NCBI GenBank assembly: GCA_030583785.1
Contig: CP129475.1
Coordinates: 479,559 to 543,558 of the forward strand
DNA length: 64,000 bases
From: Candidatus Dojkabacteria bacterium
GTDB lineage: Bacteria > Patescibacteriota > Dojkabacteria > B142 > OLB20
Direction: 5' to 3'
Shown: positions 42,762 to 53,825 of the stretch, piece by piece
How the letters are laid out: each line of letters opens with the position of its first letter
Numbering within the stretch: position 1 is the first letter of the stretch
Notes under the pieces: model-generated
Told to the model about the DNA's origin: nothing
Databases searched by the model: none
What the model saw: only the letters and a program-made list of their open reading frames with translations
Program-made: the position numbers and the translations under genes

Positions 42762-44492
42762 TTACAAGCTAACTGTTATCTTATTTGAGTACTTTTCACA
42801 AACTCCTTCTGAGTTATAAGCACACACTCGGACACAATAGTCACCGGATCCATCAAATGCATAGATCGAGAAAGTACTGGAGAAAGTGTGCGATGCTTCT
42901 GTTGATGCACCTGTTGGATATGTAGGATACTCGTCTACTTTTGACCAAACAACCTTGAATCCGTTAGAAGAGCTTCCATTTACTGTCCAGCCAACTTTGG
43001 CTCCGCCTTTGGCAAACAGATCAATAGACGACACACCTGCAGAAGCCTTATTTGGAGCAGTTATTGTTACATTATTACTGTAGCTGTCACAGCTGTTCGT
43101 ACTTGAATTATATCTGCATACTCTAAAGTGGTATGTCTTTCCATCTGTCAAACCTACTTTTGCAGAACTCTTTCCTCCATCAAAATACTTTGGATTGTCT
43201 GCTGGATAGGTTGGGTTTGGATTCAAGGAACGAACAAGCTTAAACCCTTCTGAGGCATTTAATCCTGATACTGTCCAATTAAGTTGAATACCGTCAGCAA
43301 CAGATGAACCGCTCAGCTTGATCCCGACGAAAGGCTTTTGTGTTGGCGCTACTGTTGGTTGAGCCTTGCGAACAACCGTAATTTTCTTCTCGGCATAATT
43401 ACCGGCAGCGTCTTTAGCACCAATCTTGATTATGTTACTTCCGACAACAAGGTCAACCTTTGCGGAGAAAGATCCTTGATTGTTTTCTACCTCGTTACCA
43501 TTAACAAAAACTCTTGCACCAGCTTCTGTACTACCGCTTAGATCAATTGTTGCTGCTTGTGTTTCAAAATTATCTGCAGGGGAATCAATTGCTAAAGCTG
43601 GAGGAGTTATATCTTTAAGAATTCCTAATTGGTTTTCTGACTTAACGATTTTTATATCTTTTTCTCTGTTCCAAAGAGCAAATTCATTCTTTTTGATTTC
43701 TTCAATGTCTAATGCAAATTTTTCTCCTTCTGCACCTTGTTCACCCTTTTTAAAGCTGTAGCCATTACCCTCTTCGACAACAAGTTCTTTACCTTGTTTT
43801 TTATTCATCTTCACTTTACTTTCGTAAACCAGCAATCCTTCTTCGTCAGTAGACTTAGAAACTTGGTAAGCAGTACCTAACGAGAAGTACTCTGCGTCTT
43901 CTGTAGCTAACGAAAAGTCTCGATCAAGTTTGACCACCCTGGCATAAGCTGATCCAGACAATAATTCGACTTTGATGTCTTGCGGATCAAGCGATGCGAA
44001 TTTTATCTCTGTAAGATGATCGATTCTAACCGCAGAGCCGTCGTCGATATTTACAATAGCTCGTGCATCTTCTTGTGAACGGATTGTGTCACCTTCTTCT
44101 ATCTGTTGACCGTTACTTAAGGCGACCCACTCATCATTGACAAAATATTCAATGGTTCCTTCTGCATAAATGACTTCTGCGCCCAATTTAGCTACTACAG
44201 AATCTTTTTGCTCAACTGTAGCTTGGCGACCTAACAACACAACTGCTCCGACTACTGCTAATACAGTTAGTGAAGCTGTAAGACCAATGACGGCCTTATT
44301 CCTAAAGATGGCGAATACTTTCGACATTCTGTTTTGGGGAGTTTCCCTATTACTAAAATTATTTAAGTACAATGCATTCAGCTCGTGCCTAAGCGATTCA
44401 CGAAAAGCATTGTCAGCAATAGAGTTACTACTCACCTGCGCATGTGAGAAGAAATCTTGCGGAGTTTTACTTTTGCTTTTGTCGCTCTGCAT
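42762..44492 (-). CDS. Putative anti-sigma factor-like membrane protein (N-terminal cytoplasmic segment, single TM, FecR-like and Ig/FN3-like extracytoplasmic repeats)
   Basis: TM helix 'VIGLTASLTVLAVVGAVVLLG' after a ~60-aa N-terminal region. Immediately downstream of, and 17 nt from, an ECF sigma gene. C-terminal repeated beta-rich modules. Confidence 0.5.
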   Translation of the reverse strand: MQSDKSKSKTPQDFFSHAQVSSNSIADNAFRESLRHELNALYLNNFSNRETPQNRMSKVFAIFRNKAVIGLTASLTVLAVVGAVVLLGRQATVEQKDSVVAKLGAEVIYAEGTIEYFVNDEWVALSNGQQIEEGDTIRSQEDARAIVNIDDGSAVRIDHLTEIKFASLDPQDIKVELLSGSAYARVVKLDRDFSLATEDAEYFSLGTAYQVSKSTDEEGLLVYESKVKMNKKQGKELVVEEGNGYSFKKGEQGAEGEKFALDIEEIKKNEFALWNREKDIKIVKSENQLGILKDITPPALAIDSPADNFETQAATIDLSGSTEAGARVFVNGNEVENNQGSFSAKVDLVVGSNIIKIGAKDAAGNYAEKKITVVRKAQPTVAPTQKPFVGIKLSGSSVADGIQLNWTVSGLNASEGFKLVRSLNPNPTYPADNPKYFDGGKSSAKVGLTDGKTYHFRVCRYNSSTNSCDSYSNNVTITAPNKASAGVSSIDLFAKGGAKVGWTVNGSSSNGFKVVWSKVDEYPTYPTGASTEASHTFSSTFSIYAFDGSGDYCVRVCAYNSEGVCEKYSNKITVSL

Positions 44493-44508
44493 CGTACCTA
44501 ATAATTCG

Positions 44509-45075
44509 TTAATCTAATATAAAAGTTTCAGTATCCGGGAAATGCTTCTGAAACTGCACTTTAAACGACTGAAGCGCCCTATGCGCTAGGACTTTAACAT
44601 TATCTGTGCGAATCTTCATAATCTTAGCTATTTCGTCGTTTGATAAATCTGAATAGAACTTATATGTTATGACTTCTTGGTAGCGAGAATTCAACTTAGA
44701 AAGAACAAATGCTACCTGAACCTGCAATTCTTCTTGGATAGCATCTGATTCAACGGAAAGTGATTCATCTGCAACGCTAGAGAAATCGTTCATAGAATCG
44801 TATTTACCTCTGCGGTAGTAGTCAATGACTTTGTTATGTGCAACTCTGTATAACCAAGAACCGAATCTGTAACCTTTTGTTGTATCAAAATCTGCAAGCT
44901 TTTCGACCGCAGACATAAATACCTGACTTGTAATGTCCTCTGCTACTTCTCTTTGTGGGAGTCTGGCCGAGCAATACCTAAAGATTCCGTCGAAATACAT
45001 ATCATACAACTTGTTGAAAGCTTGCAAATTGCTTTTGGCTTCTTCGATTAGTTTTAATTCTTCTGCAAGTTCCAA
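44509..45075 (-). CDS. ECF-type RNA polymerase sigma-70 family factor
   Basis: Region 2 ('FGSWLYRVAHNKVIDYYRR') and region 4 HTH ('LSNDEIAKIMKIRTDNVKVLAHRALQ'). Confidence 0.8.
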   Translation of the reverse strand: MELAEELKLIEEAKSNLQAFNKLYDMYFDGIFRYCSARLPQREVAEDITSQVFMSAVEKLADFDTTKGYRFGSWLYRVAHNKVIDYYRRGKYDSMNDFSSVADESLSVESDAIQEELQVQVAFVLSKLNSRYQEVITYKFYSDLSNDEIAKIMKIRTDNVKVLAHRALQSFKVQFQKHFPDTETFILD

Positions 45076-45149
45076 GTATTTAGTATCAACTAAAAAATTA
45101 TACTAGAGCAGATTTTAGCTAACCAGTATTATATCTGGAATTCTCAATA

Positions 45150-45181
45150 TAAAAAAAATACCACCTAGTTTAGGTGGTATT
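45150..45181 (-). terminator. Rho-independent terminator ~150 nt downstream of the 16S 3' end
   Basis: ATACCACCTA-GTT-TAGGTGGTAT perfect 10-bp stem followed on the minus strand by TTTTTTTT. Confidence 0.6.
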
Positions 45182-45328
45182 AATTGACAACAAAAAAGGT
45201 GACAGGCGTTCAACGCCAAGGTTAAAGGTTTTTGTTTACCTGAAGCATTCCAGCATCAGGAAGGGGTGGTCCAAAACGATAACTTTGCATTTTTACAACC
45301 CCATATGCAAAGTACCTTTTACTCCTTA

Positions 45329-46835
<1,507 letters not shown>

Positions 46836-47110
46836 AACACTTTATGGCCGTGTTTTCAGCCAGCTTTGTATGTAAACACACAAAGACTTTAATCATCGTC
46901 TTAAATGTGCAAGCACATTTAAGCCGGAATTATCTGTAAAGATTGACGTGAACATTTAATATACCCAATAAAGGGTACATTCCTGTCACCTTTTCTGTTG
47001 TCAAGGAGCTTGACTTACTAATTCAATGAGTGAAAAGTAGTATCAAAGCACTCTGATTAGAGTGTATAGCGATTTTACCAGACCAAGCGGTAAATAGTCA
47101 AAGGTTTTTA

Positions 47111-47536
47111 TTAACTTTTCTTTTTCTTTGGCAGGTACTTCTGATATTCGGTTACTCGCTTAATTTGTTCTTTCTTTTTAGGTTCTTTGCTTGCCAGTTG
47201 ATATACCAAGTACACGAAATTGGCTATGAACAATAAACTTGTTAACACAGGCCACAAGCGCATTTCCAAAAATCGTATCCCTTGGTCGCGGGACAAAGCG
47301 AAAATCGCTAGTGCAATACCGATCCAAATATTTCTTTTGAAAAAATCTCTAATTAGTACTCGGTATACGGCATCAATACTTTGGTTTCTGACGATAAATA
47401 TTCGGGCAACCAAAGATATTAATAAGAAGCCTATGGCTACGAAATAAAACAGCTGCTGGAATTCGGTCGGAGCAGGATCGAGCTCCAGCAACCTGTTGAA
47501 ATCTAGAAGAGTTGCCAGACTAAATGATTCTGACAT
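47111..47536 (-). CDS. Hypothetical membrane protein (141 aa)
   Basis: ORF with 3 hydrophobic helices. Confidence 0.4.
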   Translation of the reverse strand: MSESFSLATLLDFNRLLELDPAPTEFQQLFYFVAIGFLLISLVARIFIVRNQSIDAVYRVLIRDFFKRNIWIGIALAIFALSRDQGIRFLEMRLWPVLTSLLFIANFVYLVYQLASKEPKKKEQIKRVTEYQKYLPKKKKS

Positions 47537-47555
47537 TAATCAATAATAACAGATA

Positions 47556-47879
47556 CTATTTCATGTATTTATCTAGATACTCACTAACAACTGGTAATGA
47601 GTATTTTTCGCCAGAAAGTGCCTTGATGACAAGCAGAATCCATCCGATTAACACCACAAGCGACAATACGCAAGAAACTAGCCATCCAACAATAGGGACA
47701 ATTGCAATCACAAATGAAACTATCCAGATTGCAAATAGACCTGTACTTTGCTTAGCATAATGCTTAACAAAATCGCTAGCATCAGACATTGCATAAAACA
47801 TAATCAATCCTACCAATGGGATTGTGGCGACAACTGCAAGTACTTTGTCGTCTTGTGCACTCTTTGCTTTCTCAGACAT
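47556..47879 (-). CDS. Hypothetical small membrane protein (107 aa)
   Basis: ORF with 2-3 hydrophobic helices. Confidence 0.4.
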   Translation of the reverse strand: MSEKAKSAQDDKVLAVVATIPLVGLIMFYAMSDASDFVKHYAKQSTGLFAIWIVSFVIAIVPIVGWLVSCVLSLVVLIGWILLVIKALSGEKYSLPVVSEYLDKYMK

Positions 47880-47935
47880 TGTGTTTTAATAAAAATTAAC
47901 TAATAAAGTATATGAACTGTTAATACGCTTGTCAA

Positions 47936-49690
47936 TTAAAGCCCTGCCAAGGTGCCTAGTTCTAAGGTGGTTGTAACTTCTTTAGAAGATTTATCCTTAC
48001 GGTCAAATACTTTTAAGCGCGGAAATCTTAAAGAATAACCACCTGATTCACCTCCGTGGAGTTTGCTTTTTGATACAGAATCGGCCTCCACGACAGTTAT
48101 TACCTCTGGGCTAACAAGAACATCGGGCATCAAATTTTTATCAATAGCTACATTTACAGGAATAGTTTGAACAACAATTTGATCTAATCGTTTTTTTATC
48201 GCCAGAAAATCTGTATCGGTGAATCCTGTTCCTAGCTTACTGACACTAACAAATTTATCTGAATCTGGATCATAAACCCCTATTAACAAGGCGCCTATTC
48301 CAAACTTCGCTCTGCTCCCTTTGCCAAAATAATACCCTAAGACTACTGTATCAATAGTGTCCGAGATACCTGCCGAAGCTGATGCCTTAAGCTTGATCCA
48401 GTCGAAATTTCTTGTACCGGGATCATAAAGGGAATCTTTATTCTTACAGATAACTCCTTCTAGTTTTTGTTCCACATATTTTGAGTATATTTCTTCGGCT
48501 TGATTCGCAGATTCCACAGAATTTGACTCTGCCATAACAAGAACTTCTTGTGCAGAAGATTGCAGAATCTTTTCGAGCAGAGAAAGCCTTTCCGTCAAAG
48601 GAGTATCAAGCTTACTTTCGCCGTTCAGCATTAAAATATCGAAACAGTGAGCACGAACTGGAATCTCTGAAGCAATTTTTGAGACATCGTGCTTTCTTTT
48701 GCGACGCATTGTTTCTTGAAATGGCAACATTTCTCCACTTGCAGGATCGTATGCAATAGCTTCGCTATCGATAATTATGGATTCTACATTCAGGGCATTT
48801 AAAGCAGCAGTAATGTCTGGAAACATATCGGTTAATGATTCTAGTTTTCTGCTAAATATCCAAGTTTGAGATTGAGTCTTATCTTCAAATAGTGTTTCTT
48901 GTTCTGGTTTAGACTTATTAGAAGCATTTCTGGAGAAATGCAGCTGCGCCCTTAAACCATCAAATTTAGGTTGAATAATATGTGGCCCAAGCCTTGCAAA
49001 AATTTCAGCTGTTCCTTTCTCTCTTTCGACCAGTTTAACTGCAACAGGAATACCTGCAACGGGTTTTAATTCCTGCAGACTTGTAATCCCTTTGGCAAAG
49101 AGAACTTCACCTACATAACCTAGATCTGCAATCACACCGAAAGCTCTTTCTAAAATTGGTCGCAGAGATTTGTCTTGGTTAATGGCGACCGAGAATGAAT
49201 CTAAAATCGACTTGTCGCTAAGTCCAAGTCTCATCTTGCCAATAATAATTCTGGCTACATACTTGGCTTCAAGACTACCTAGTTTTGCAAAAAGATCGAG
49301 CAAAAGGTTTCTCTTTTTTTCTTGAGATCTGTTTCCACTAATCCCTGTTAAGTTGAAAAGGTTCTCGAAAACTTGATTGATTGTTAGATTTGCTGGTTTG
49401 TTATCTGCGCAGACCAAAGCAGCAACCATACCTAAATCACCCATCTGTTTGTAATAGTCTTCTGCATTCGAATTAACTGAAACCATAACCTTAAGAACGG
49501 ACTTAACAGATAATTGGAATTCGCTAGTCGAGAACAGAGGTGCGACCCTGCCCTGCATTAGGTAGATAGTATTAGCAATTTCGTTTGGGCTAAGCAATCT
49601 TAAGAAATCAGCCAGTGAGGAAATCATTTCGTTTCTAGCAGAGGTTTTTTCTAGGCTGTCTAAAGCCTTACAAAGTTCATGAAAATTCAT
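47936..49690 (-). CDS. ATP-dependent DNA ligase
   Basis: Adenylation motif I 'IQPKFDGLRAQ' (KxDGxR). The overall size and OB-fold region match archaeal/eukaryotic-type ATP-dependent ligases. Confidence 0.85.
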   Translation of the reverse strand: MNFHELCKALDSLEKTSARNEMISSLADFLRLLSPNEIANTIYLMQGRVAPLFSTSEFQLSVKSVLKVMVSVNSNAEDYYKQMGDLGMVAALVCADNKPANLTINQVFENLFNLTGISGNRSQEKKRNLLLDLFAKLGSLEAKYVARIIIGKMRLGLSDKSILDSFSVAINQDKSLRPILERAFGVIADLGYVGEVLFAKGITSLQELKPVAGIPVAVKLVEREKGTAEIFARLGPHIIQPKFDGLRAQLHFSRNASNKSKPEQETLFEDKTQSQTWIFSRKLESLTDMFPDITAALNALNVESIIIDSEAIAYDPASGEMLPFQETMRRKRKHDVSKIASEIPVRAHCFDILMLNGESKLDTPLTERLSLLEKILQSSAQEVLVMAESNSVESANQAEEIYSKYVEQKLEGVICKNKDSLYDPGTRNFDWIKLKASASAGISDTIDTVVLGYYFGKGSRAKFGIGALLIGVYDPDSDKFVSVSKLGTGFTDTDFLAIKKRLDQIVVQTIPVNVAIDKNLMPDVLVSPEVITVVEADSVSKSKLHGGESGGYSLRFPRLKVFDRKDKSSKEVTTTLELGTLAGL

Positions 49691-49694
49691 TGAT

Positions 49695-50726
49695 TTATGC
49701 TAATAGATATTTCGCTGCTCTTGTCTTCCCCTTCTTAACCAATATCCTTTTGTCTATTAAGTCTTTTAGATCTCGAAGAATTGTATCATCGCTTATTTTG
49801 GCAAACAACTGTGAGAAGTTCGTATTTCGGAATTCGCCATTATCTTCGATATACCTGATGATCTTTACCTGCCTCTCGTTTAGTGCTACCTGTCCTAATT
49901 TTTGGATCAATTTTTGATCTCTAGATAGTTCCAATACTTGTGTTTTAATTCTACCCAGTTCAACTGCAACACCAGTTGCAAAGTATTCAAGCCACTCAGT
50001 TAAATCGCCATCATGAGCGCTATCTAGAGCCTTGTAGTAATCAAGACTGTTTTGATCGTAATATTCTTCTAAGCTGAAGAACCTTCTTATGTCGTAATTA
50101 TCACGAAACAATGACCAAGTTGCCAAAATCCTAGAGGTTCTGCCATTTAGATCGACGAAAGGATGTATTCTAACTAACTCGAAATGCAAAATGCCAGCTC
50201 TAAGTAGTGGATGAACAGTAGTCCCTTGATTATTGTCCCAGTTAAATAATTCTTGCAACTCGTAGTCAAGATCAACGGCTTTTGGAGGATCAAAAACAAC
50301 CTCACCTGTTTTTGAGCTGATAATCACTGAGTCGGTAGCTCTTACAACCCCGATCTTTTCTTTTGGAAGAACACCTTCTCCCATCACCTTATGAAGTCCG
50401 AGAATAAAATCCAAAGACATTGTCTGATTTCTTTTATCCTCGATATAAGCGATTGCATTGCGATAATTAATTATTTCTCGAATATCTCTCTGCCTGATTG
50501 TAACCGGACTTCCTCCAGCAATGACTTCTTCTGTTTCTGATAAGCTTAATGCGTTTCCTTCGATAGCAATCGAATGATGAATAGTTCTAGCAAGAGCTCT
50601 GTGTCTGAATTGTCTTTCGTAGGAGGGAACAAGCAGTGCGTTAGCAATCACTTCTTTGGCAGCTTCTGCAGAAGCTACTCGATTAAGAAGATAGTTACTA
50701 ATAGTGTATTGTGGCTGATAAGCCAT
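49695..50726 (-). CDS. Fic/Doc family protein (AMPylase-type) with N-terminal auto-inhibitory helix
   Basis: Inhibitory motif 'SIAIEGN' ((S/T)xxxE(G/N)) at nt 50553-50573. Fic motif variant 'HPFVDLNGRTSR' (nt 50130-50165; canonical HPFx(D/E)GNGRxxR). C-terminal wHTH-like tail. Confidence 0.8.
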   Translation of the reverse strand: MAYQPQYTISNYLLNRVASAEAAKEVIANALLVPSYERQFRHRALARTIHHSIAIEGNALSLSETEEVIAGGSPVTIRQRDIREIINYRNAIAYIEDKRNQTMSLDFILGLHKVMGEGVLPKEKIGVVRATDSVIISSKTGEVVFDPPKAVDLDYELQELFNWDNNQGTTVHPLLRAGILHFELVRIHPFVDLNGRTSRILATWSLFRDNYDIRRFFSLEEYYDQNSLDYYKALDSAHDGDLTEWLEYFATGVAVELGRIKTQVLELSRDQKLIQKLGQVALNERQVKIIRYIEDNGEFRNTNFSQLFAKISDDTILRDLKDLIDKRILVKKGKTRAAKYLLA

Positions 50727-50733
50727 CTTCTGA

Positions 50734-51126
50734 TTATTTATCTGTTAGTCTATACTTTGCCGATTTTGTTTTTCCTTCTTTGGAGACAAGCCCAATTTCT
50801 ACAAGCTTACCAAGATCTCTTCTAAGAGTGCGTGATGTAACCCCTTTCACTTTTCTAGCCAACGAAGTCATGTCTGCTTCTTGATTGTCTGCCAAATATT
50901 TATAAATCTGCCTTTGCCTCTGATTCAGAACCACCTTTTCGTCGAGCTGTCCGATATTCTCTACATCTAAAGTTCCAAAGGGACCATCTGAGTTAAACTT
51001 CATAGTAAGTTGACCACTGGCAATTTTTCTGGAGATTTTGAAGCCAGCATATGCAGCGCCAACTAGCAGTAGCAGTCGAAATATTGCCTTGAAGAACTTA
51101 ATCATAATATTTCTGTAATAATACAC
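50734..51126 (-). CDS. Hypothetical small protein with N-terminal TM helix and C-terminal winged-helix-like region
   Basis: 'SRTLRRDLGKLVEIGLVSKEGK' resembles a wHTH recognition helix and wing. 8 nt upstream of the Fic gene. Confidence 0.4.
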   Translation of the reverse strand: MYYYRNIMIKFFKAIFRLLLLVGAAYAGFKISRKIASGQLTMKFNSDGPFGTLDVENIGQLDEKVVLNQRQRQIYKYLADNQEADMTSLARKVKGVTSRTLRRDLGKLVEIGLVSKEGKTKSAKYRLTDK

Positions 51127-51129
51127 CTA

Positions 51130-53817
51130 TTATAGTCCAGATATTTTTTCCATGCCACCTAATGATGGTCCGATTTCCACATCTACATCGACTGGAACAG
51201 AGAGCTTAATAACAGATTGCATTCCCTGATATATTTTTTCAATAAATTTTTCAAGTTCTTTGCTCTTTTTGTCGTCCGTATTAACTTCGAAAACTATTTC
51301 ATCGTGTATTTGCAGAACAAGTTTTGCAAAGTCAGAGAACTCTTCTTGAATTATTCTATCTGCCTTAAGCATGGCAAGCTTCATCATATCTGCCGCACTT
51401 CCCTGAAGAGGAAAATTTATTACTTCTCGCTCTAGAGCCGCTCTTACTTGCCAATTTCCGGAATTCATGGCGTCTGTCCGTTTTTCACGACCAAATAATG
51501 TTGCTACTCTGCCGTTTTTCTTGGCATTTTCCTTAAGTTCGTTAAAGTATAGTTCAACATTTTTGTATCCTGCAAAGAAGGCCTTAATAAAGGTGTCCGC
51601 GCTTTGCCTGTCTATCTGCAACCTGTCAGAAAGTCCAAATGAAGACATGCCGTAAATAATCCCGAAGTTAATTGTTTTTCCTGCTCTGCGCATGTTGGCA
51701 TCAATCTTCTCGAGTGGAATGTTAAAGATTTTCGAAGCAGTTAGTGCATGAATATCAACGCCATGATTAAATGCATCTTTAAGTGTACTTTCATTAGACA
51801 GATGTGCAAGAAGCCTAAGTTCCTGCTGTGAATAATCAAAGGCTACAAGTAATCCGCCTTTCTTGGCAACAAAAGCATCTTTAATTTTTTTGCCCAGTTC
51901 AGTACTTGTCGGAATATTTTGTAGATTGGGATTGCTTGAAGATAATCTTCCGGTGGCAGTGATTGTTTGATTAAAAGTCGAATGGATCCTACCACTATCT
52001 GGATTTATATGCTGAATAAGGGCATCGGTATATGTCGAAATCAGTTTTGTAATCTCTCTGTGTCTCAAAATTTTTTCTACAATCGGAAAGGAACCTACAA
52101 GCTTGGCGAGTGTTCGTTCATTAGTTGAATAGCTTCCAGACTTGCCCTTAGCACCGCCTGGCAGTCCGAGTTTCTCAAATAATATTTCGCCAAGTTGTTT
52201 AGGCGAAGCAATATTAAATTCATTTCCAGCCTCTTCGAAAATCTGTTTCTCAAGATCTTTTATCATTTCTTCAAGCTGTTTTTTAAATCCCGATAAAGTA
52301 TCTTTGTCGAGCGTAATTCCAGCCTTCTCCATATTCACAAGGATTTGCACAAACGGCAGTTCAATCTTTTCAAATAACTGTTTAAGTGACCACTCAGCAC
52401 CAAACGCCAATTTATGATCATCTAACCTACTTAAATATTGGCTTGCCAAGGTATCAACGACATCAACCTGTAGACAAAAGCTGTCTGTCGAGTCATTATC
52501 TGGAATTACGACTCCTGCATCATTAAAAGCTAAAGTTGCTATATCTGTTCCGCCTTCGCCGGCATTAAGTAGATGCGCCGCGATCTTTGTGTCCATAACG
52601 ATTGAGACCTTCTCTTGTCCCAATGCGGACATTGCATGCAACAAGGCTTTGGCATCGTGAGTAATAATTTTCTTAGAGCTTATAGCAGAAAGCAGATCTT
52701 CTACTGTTTGATTTTTTTCTGAAATATCAATAAGAAATAATTCTGATCCCACCTTTAATCCGATCCTCTTAGGTTTAGTAAAGATTGAATCTGCAAAATC
52801 TACAAGGATTGCGACATTCTTTGACTCCTTTAGTTTTGCACGGAGCTGATCACAATTCTTATCGTTGATAATCGTGTAATTTACTTTGCGCTCTTCGGCC
52901 ATTTCGAAGGCGAATTGTTCTTGAATATCAATTTGTGCCTGATTCTGAGGAAGTCTTGATACCAGTGATTTAAATTGTAAATCCTGAAACAACTGCTTTG
53001 CCTGCTCATAGTTATAGTCGACTAGGCGTGCTTGCTCGAGATTGTAATCAAAATGCAAATCGGTGACTATCGTCGCCAGCTTACGACTTAAGAAAGCGAT
53101 TTCTTTGCCTTCAACTAGCTTTGTTAACACAGAACCCTTGATTTTATCTAAAGAAGAATAAATCCCTTCTAAGTTTCCAAAATCTTGAATAAGTTTTGAC
53201 GCCGTTTTTTCTCCAATACCCTTGATACCCGGAATATTATCGGAAGAGTCTCCTCTAAGTCCCTTAAAATCTGCTAGTAACTCGGGGGCAAAACCTAATT
53301 TTGTTTTAACATCTTCATAACTGAGCAATTCGGACTTGTTGATATTGCCACCAGATAGATATATTTGAATATCTTCGTTTGCAAGTTGAAGCAAATCCCT
53401 GTCTCCGGTGACGATGATCCTATTTGTGTTCTTAAGTTCTGGTGAATTGACAAGTGTTCCCAGAATATCATCTGCCTCGTATCCTTCTCTAAGGAACATT
53501 GGAATATTAAGAGCCTCAACAATTTTATGTACAATAGGAAACTGCGTTTTTAAATCTTCGTCTGTTGGTTTTCTGGTTGCTTTGTAATCAACAAAAAGAT
53601 TGTGTCTGAATGTTTTACCCTTTCCGTCAAATACACAGATTAGATATTCGGGCTGGAAATTATTTAATAGCTGTAAGAGAATTGATGTGTATCCGTAAGC
53701 AGCGTTAACCAACTGACCATCTTTTGTCCTTAATGTAGGAGGAAACGCATGATATGCCCTGTGTATAAGCGCATGCGAGTCTATTAATAGAACATTCGGC
53801 TTTTGCGATTCAGCCAT
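51130..53817 (-). CDS. polA: DNA polymerase I
   Basis: 5' nuclease N-terminus and the family A polymerase motifs ('DYSQQELR', 'RRAGKTINFGIIYG', 'QIHDE'). Confidence 0.9.
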   Translation of the reverse strand: MAESQKPNVLLIDSHALIHRAYHAFPPTLRTKDGQLVNAAYGYTSILLQLLNNFQPEYLICVFDGKGKTFRHNLFVDYKATRKPTDEDLKTQFPIVHKIVEALNIPMFLREGYEADDILGTLVNSPELKNTNRIIVTGDRDLLQLANEDIQIYLSGGNINKSELLSYEDVKTKLGFAPELLADFKGLRGDSSDNIPGIKGIGEKTASKLIQDFGNLEGIYSSLDKIKGSVLTKLVEGKEIAFLSRKLATIVTDLHFDYNLEQARLVDYNYEQAKQLFQDLQFKSLVSRLPQNQAQIDIQEQFAFEMAEERKVNYTIINDKNCDQLRAKLKESKNVAILVDFADSIFTKPKRIGLKVGSELFLIDISEKNQTVEDLLSAISSKKIITHDAKALLHAMSALGQEKVSIVMDTKIAAHLLNAGEGGTDIATLAFNDAGVVIPDNDSTDSFCLQVDVVDTLASQYLSRLDDHKLAFGAEWSLKQLFEKIELPFVQILVNMEKAGITLDKDTLSGFKKQLEEMIKDLEKQIFEEAGNEFNIASPKQLGEILFEKLGLPGGAKGKSGSYSTNERTLAKLVGSFPIVEKILRHREITKLISTYTDALIQHINPDSGRIHSTFNQTITATGRLSSSNPNLQNIPTSTELGKKIKDAFVAKKGGLLVAFDYSQQELRLLAHLSNESTLKDAFNHGVDIHALTASKIFNIPLEKIDANMRRAGKTINFGIIYGMSSFGLSDRLQIDRQSADTFIKAFFAGYKNVELYFNELKENAKKNGRVATLFGREKRTDAMNSGNWQVRAALEREVINFPLQGSAADMMKLAMLKADRIIQEEFSDFAKLVLQIHDEIVFEVNTDDKKSKELEKFIEKIYQGMQSVIKLSVPVDVDVEIGPSLGGMEKISGL

Positions 53818-53825
53818 AATTTTTC

